This document shows, piece after piece, positions 38,285 to 40,000 of a stretch of DNA of 40,000 nucleotides. How positions within the stretch are numbered: position 1 is the stretch's first letter; every line of letters begins with the position of its first letter. Source of the stretch: an uncultured Rivularia sp. (lineage in GTDB: Bacteria > Cyanobacteriota > Cyanobacteriia > Cyanobacteriales > Nostocaceae). The DNA lies in the NCBI GenBank assembly GCA_963665115.1, contig OY762007.1:7180679-7220678 (forward strand), in the 5' to 3' direction. Under the pieces are notes generated by a model that worked only from the letters and a program-made list of their open reading frames with translations, was not told the origin of the DNA and made no database searches. Made by a program: the position numbers and the translations under genes.

Positions 38285-38338
38285 GAGTTTTCCCTCTTTT
38301 TAGAGATATTTCACCATTGCCATAATAATCGATAGAAT

Positions 38339-39335
38339 TTAACTATTGAATTTTGAGGTGCGGGGATTGATTTTAGAATCTAAATATGCTTTTAAAAGTA
38401 ATACGCGACTAGCAAATTGTTCGCAAAGCCGAAATCCACAAATATCCTGAACTAATTTGTACATTGGTTTTCTGGTTTTATGCTTGAAATCAGGACATAA
38501 AGCTAAGGATTTTTGTGAAAGTCGTAAGTATTCCGGATAGTCTATATACATATAATCTCTGGCTAACTCAAAGTAGCCATGTGCTAAAGCACGACGATAA
38601 TTAATTGGAATCTTCTGCTGATATCGTTTTAATAATTTTTTTTCTACTTTTTGTAGAACTTTGCAATGATTTTCTACCCAACGCTCTTTTGAAGCAGTTG
38701 ATACTGTAACGTTGCCGTATCTTCTATATATTGAATAACAACCGGGTTGATAAACAACTTTTGCACCAGCCATGATGGTTGAAATGAAAAAATCTCTATC
38801 TTGTGCAGCCGAGAAATTTTCATCCCATCCACCGCTTTTCTCTACAGCCGTTCTTCGATAAAATAAGGATGCAACAGCAGTCCCACCAATTTTCGATTAA
38901 AGATTGCAGAATATCTGCTTGTTTTCCAGGCTTTTCTACCTGTTCTAAGAATACTACTCCATTAGATTGATGTCCTTGAAATCGCCAATCACCGTAAACG
39001 GTATCTGCTCCTGTTTCTTCTAAAAAATTGATTTGTCTTTCTATTTTCTCTGGCAAGATTAAATCATCTGCATCTAAAAATTGAATATATTCTCCTTTGG
39101 ATAAAGCAAAACCTCTATTCCTCGCGTAGCATCCACCTTTATTTTCTGAAAGGCATTCCCAAGTAATTTTATCTCCATAGCTTTTAATAATTTCCATAGA
39201 GTTATCTGTCGAAAAATCATCAATTACAATGATTTCGATATGAGGATAAGTTTGTTTTAAACAGCTATCAATAGTCTCTGCTATCCATCTTTCGGTGTTA
39301 AAACAAGGAATAATTATGGAAACTAGTTTTTGCAT
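38339..39335 (-). CDS. family 2 glycosyltransferase, frameshifted
   Basis: 38820..39335 (VSIIIPCFNTERWIAETIDSCLKQTYPHIEIIVIDDFSTD...QFLDADDLI) continues in another frame as IGGTAVASLFYRRTAVEKSGGWDEK..., then 38339..38773. Break at about 38900-38910. Confidence 0.88.
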
Positions 39336-39739
39336 TTTATGTACCTATTTTTTTCATTTATAATTTTTTTAAATTGATATTTATGGCTTTTGATAACTGA
39401 GATAATTCTAGATTTAGCGAAAAGCTCTTTTTTAAGCTCTTAGTTTTAAATAGGTCGTTTTTCCTACAACCATAAATCCAAAATCGGTTGACCTTTTATA
39501 CTAAATGTCTCTTCAAAGACGATGATTACTGAATATACAAAGAGAATTATGGAGATAAAAGGTTGTTATTTAGCATAAAAACTACGGCTATAACCATGTT
39601 GATATCATAATATGGATGTCTGTAAAAATCAGGTTTTTTAAGTAAGTAGATGCATTTAAAAGGTATAATCAAAGCAGTTAACAAATGTTATCTGAAAATT
39701 AGCAAGTAATAAGCAGTAAAAAAAGCGTTGTTAATAAAT

Positions 39740-40000
39740 TTATGTCATCGCTGCTTGATGCCAAAGGTTTGTCAGTAAATGCTTGTGTTCTTGAATATCT
39801 GATTTTTTCGCTTGTAAAAACCCAGCTTCTCGTATTTCTTTAGAAACTGGTTTATTAATGATATCAACTACTTCTTCTATTGAATCGTAAATAAACCCGG
39901 CTTCACCGACATATTCTTTAATGTCTGGTCTAATATTTGGCACGCATACACCTACACCTGCCGCTTGTGCTTCGGCTACAGCCATTGGCCAGCCAACTGT
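39740..40000 (-). CDS. family 1/4-like glycosyltransferase, C-terminal part (runs off the right edge)
   Basis: GWPMAVAEAQAAGVGVCVPNIRPDIKEYVGEAGFIYDSIEEVV. Confidence 0.75.
   Translation of the reverse strand, partial: TVGWPMAVAEAQAAGVGVCVPNIRPDIKEYVGEAGFIYDSIEEVVDIINKPVSKEIREAGFLQAKKSDIQEHKHLLTNLWHQAAMT

Overview
This 40 kb window is cyanobacterial, from a filamentous Nostocales-type genome judging by gene content, a DesC/A/B/D desaturase cluster, ChlH, PsbZ, GCGATCGC sites and heptanucleotide STRR-like repeats. The housekeeping backbone is: a methionine gamma-lyase-family gene (partial), acyl-lipid desaturases desC/desA/desB(frameshifted)/desD, proA, tRNA-Gly(GCC), ribH, psbZ, chlH (in four ORF pieces), an LpxB-like protein, an inositol-monophosphatase-family protein, an M23 peptidase, a cytochrome P450 (frameshifted), a dynamin-like GTPase (frameshifted), a PPC/DUF296 protein and glycosyltransferases. 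The accessory parts are the most interesting. (1) 22.4-25.4 kb holds a divergent pair: a small 2-TM protein resembling the cyanobacterial TRADD-N-associated TM family, and an 862-aa HTH + beta/alpha adaptor-like + pentapeptide + 13 near-identical 30-32-aa helical repeats + pentapeptide protein. This is my best candidate for an undescribed conflict/signalling system. (2) 18.5-19.9 kb encodes pentapeptide repeats fused to what look like two tandem NuiA (nuclease A inhibitor)-like modules. (3) 9.8-14.1 kb is a toxin-antitoxin graveyard: duplicated HicB with a shared TGATATC-N7-GATATCA operator-like palindrome, a frameshifted hicA, a parE stub between parD and hicB, a mixed fossil, and one intact hicBA pair. 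(4) There are MITE-like elements, including one with 12-bp TIRs and a 6-bp direct flank repeat, and a repeat-gene-repeat-gene-repeat duplication. About ten single-locus frameshifts in otherwise well conserved genes suggest that the sequence carries indel errors, and this affects all pseudogene claims. No database search was run; family assignments rest on recalled motifs.
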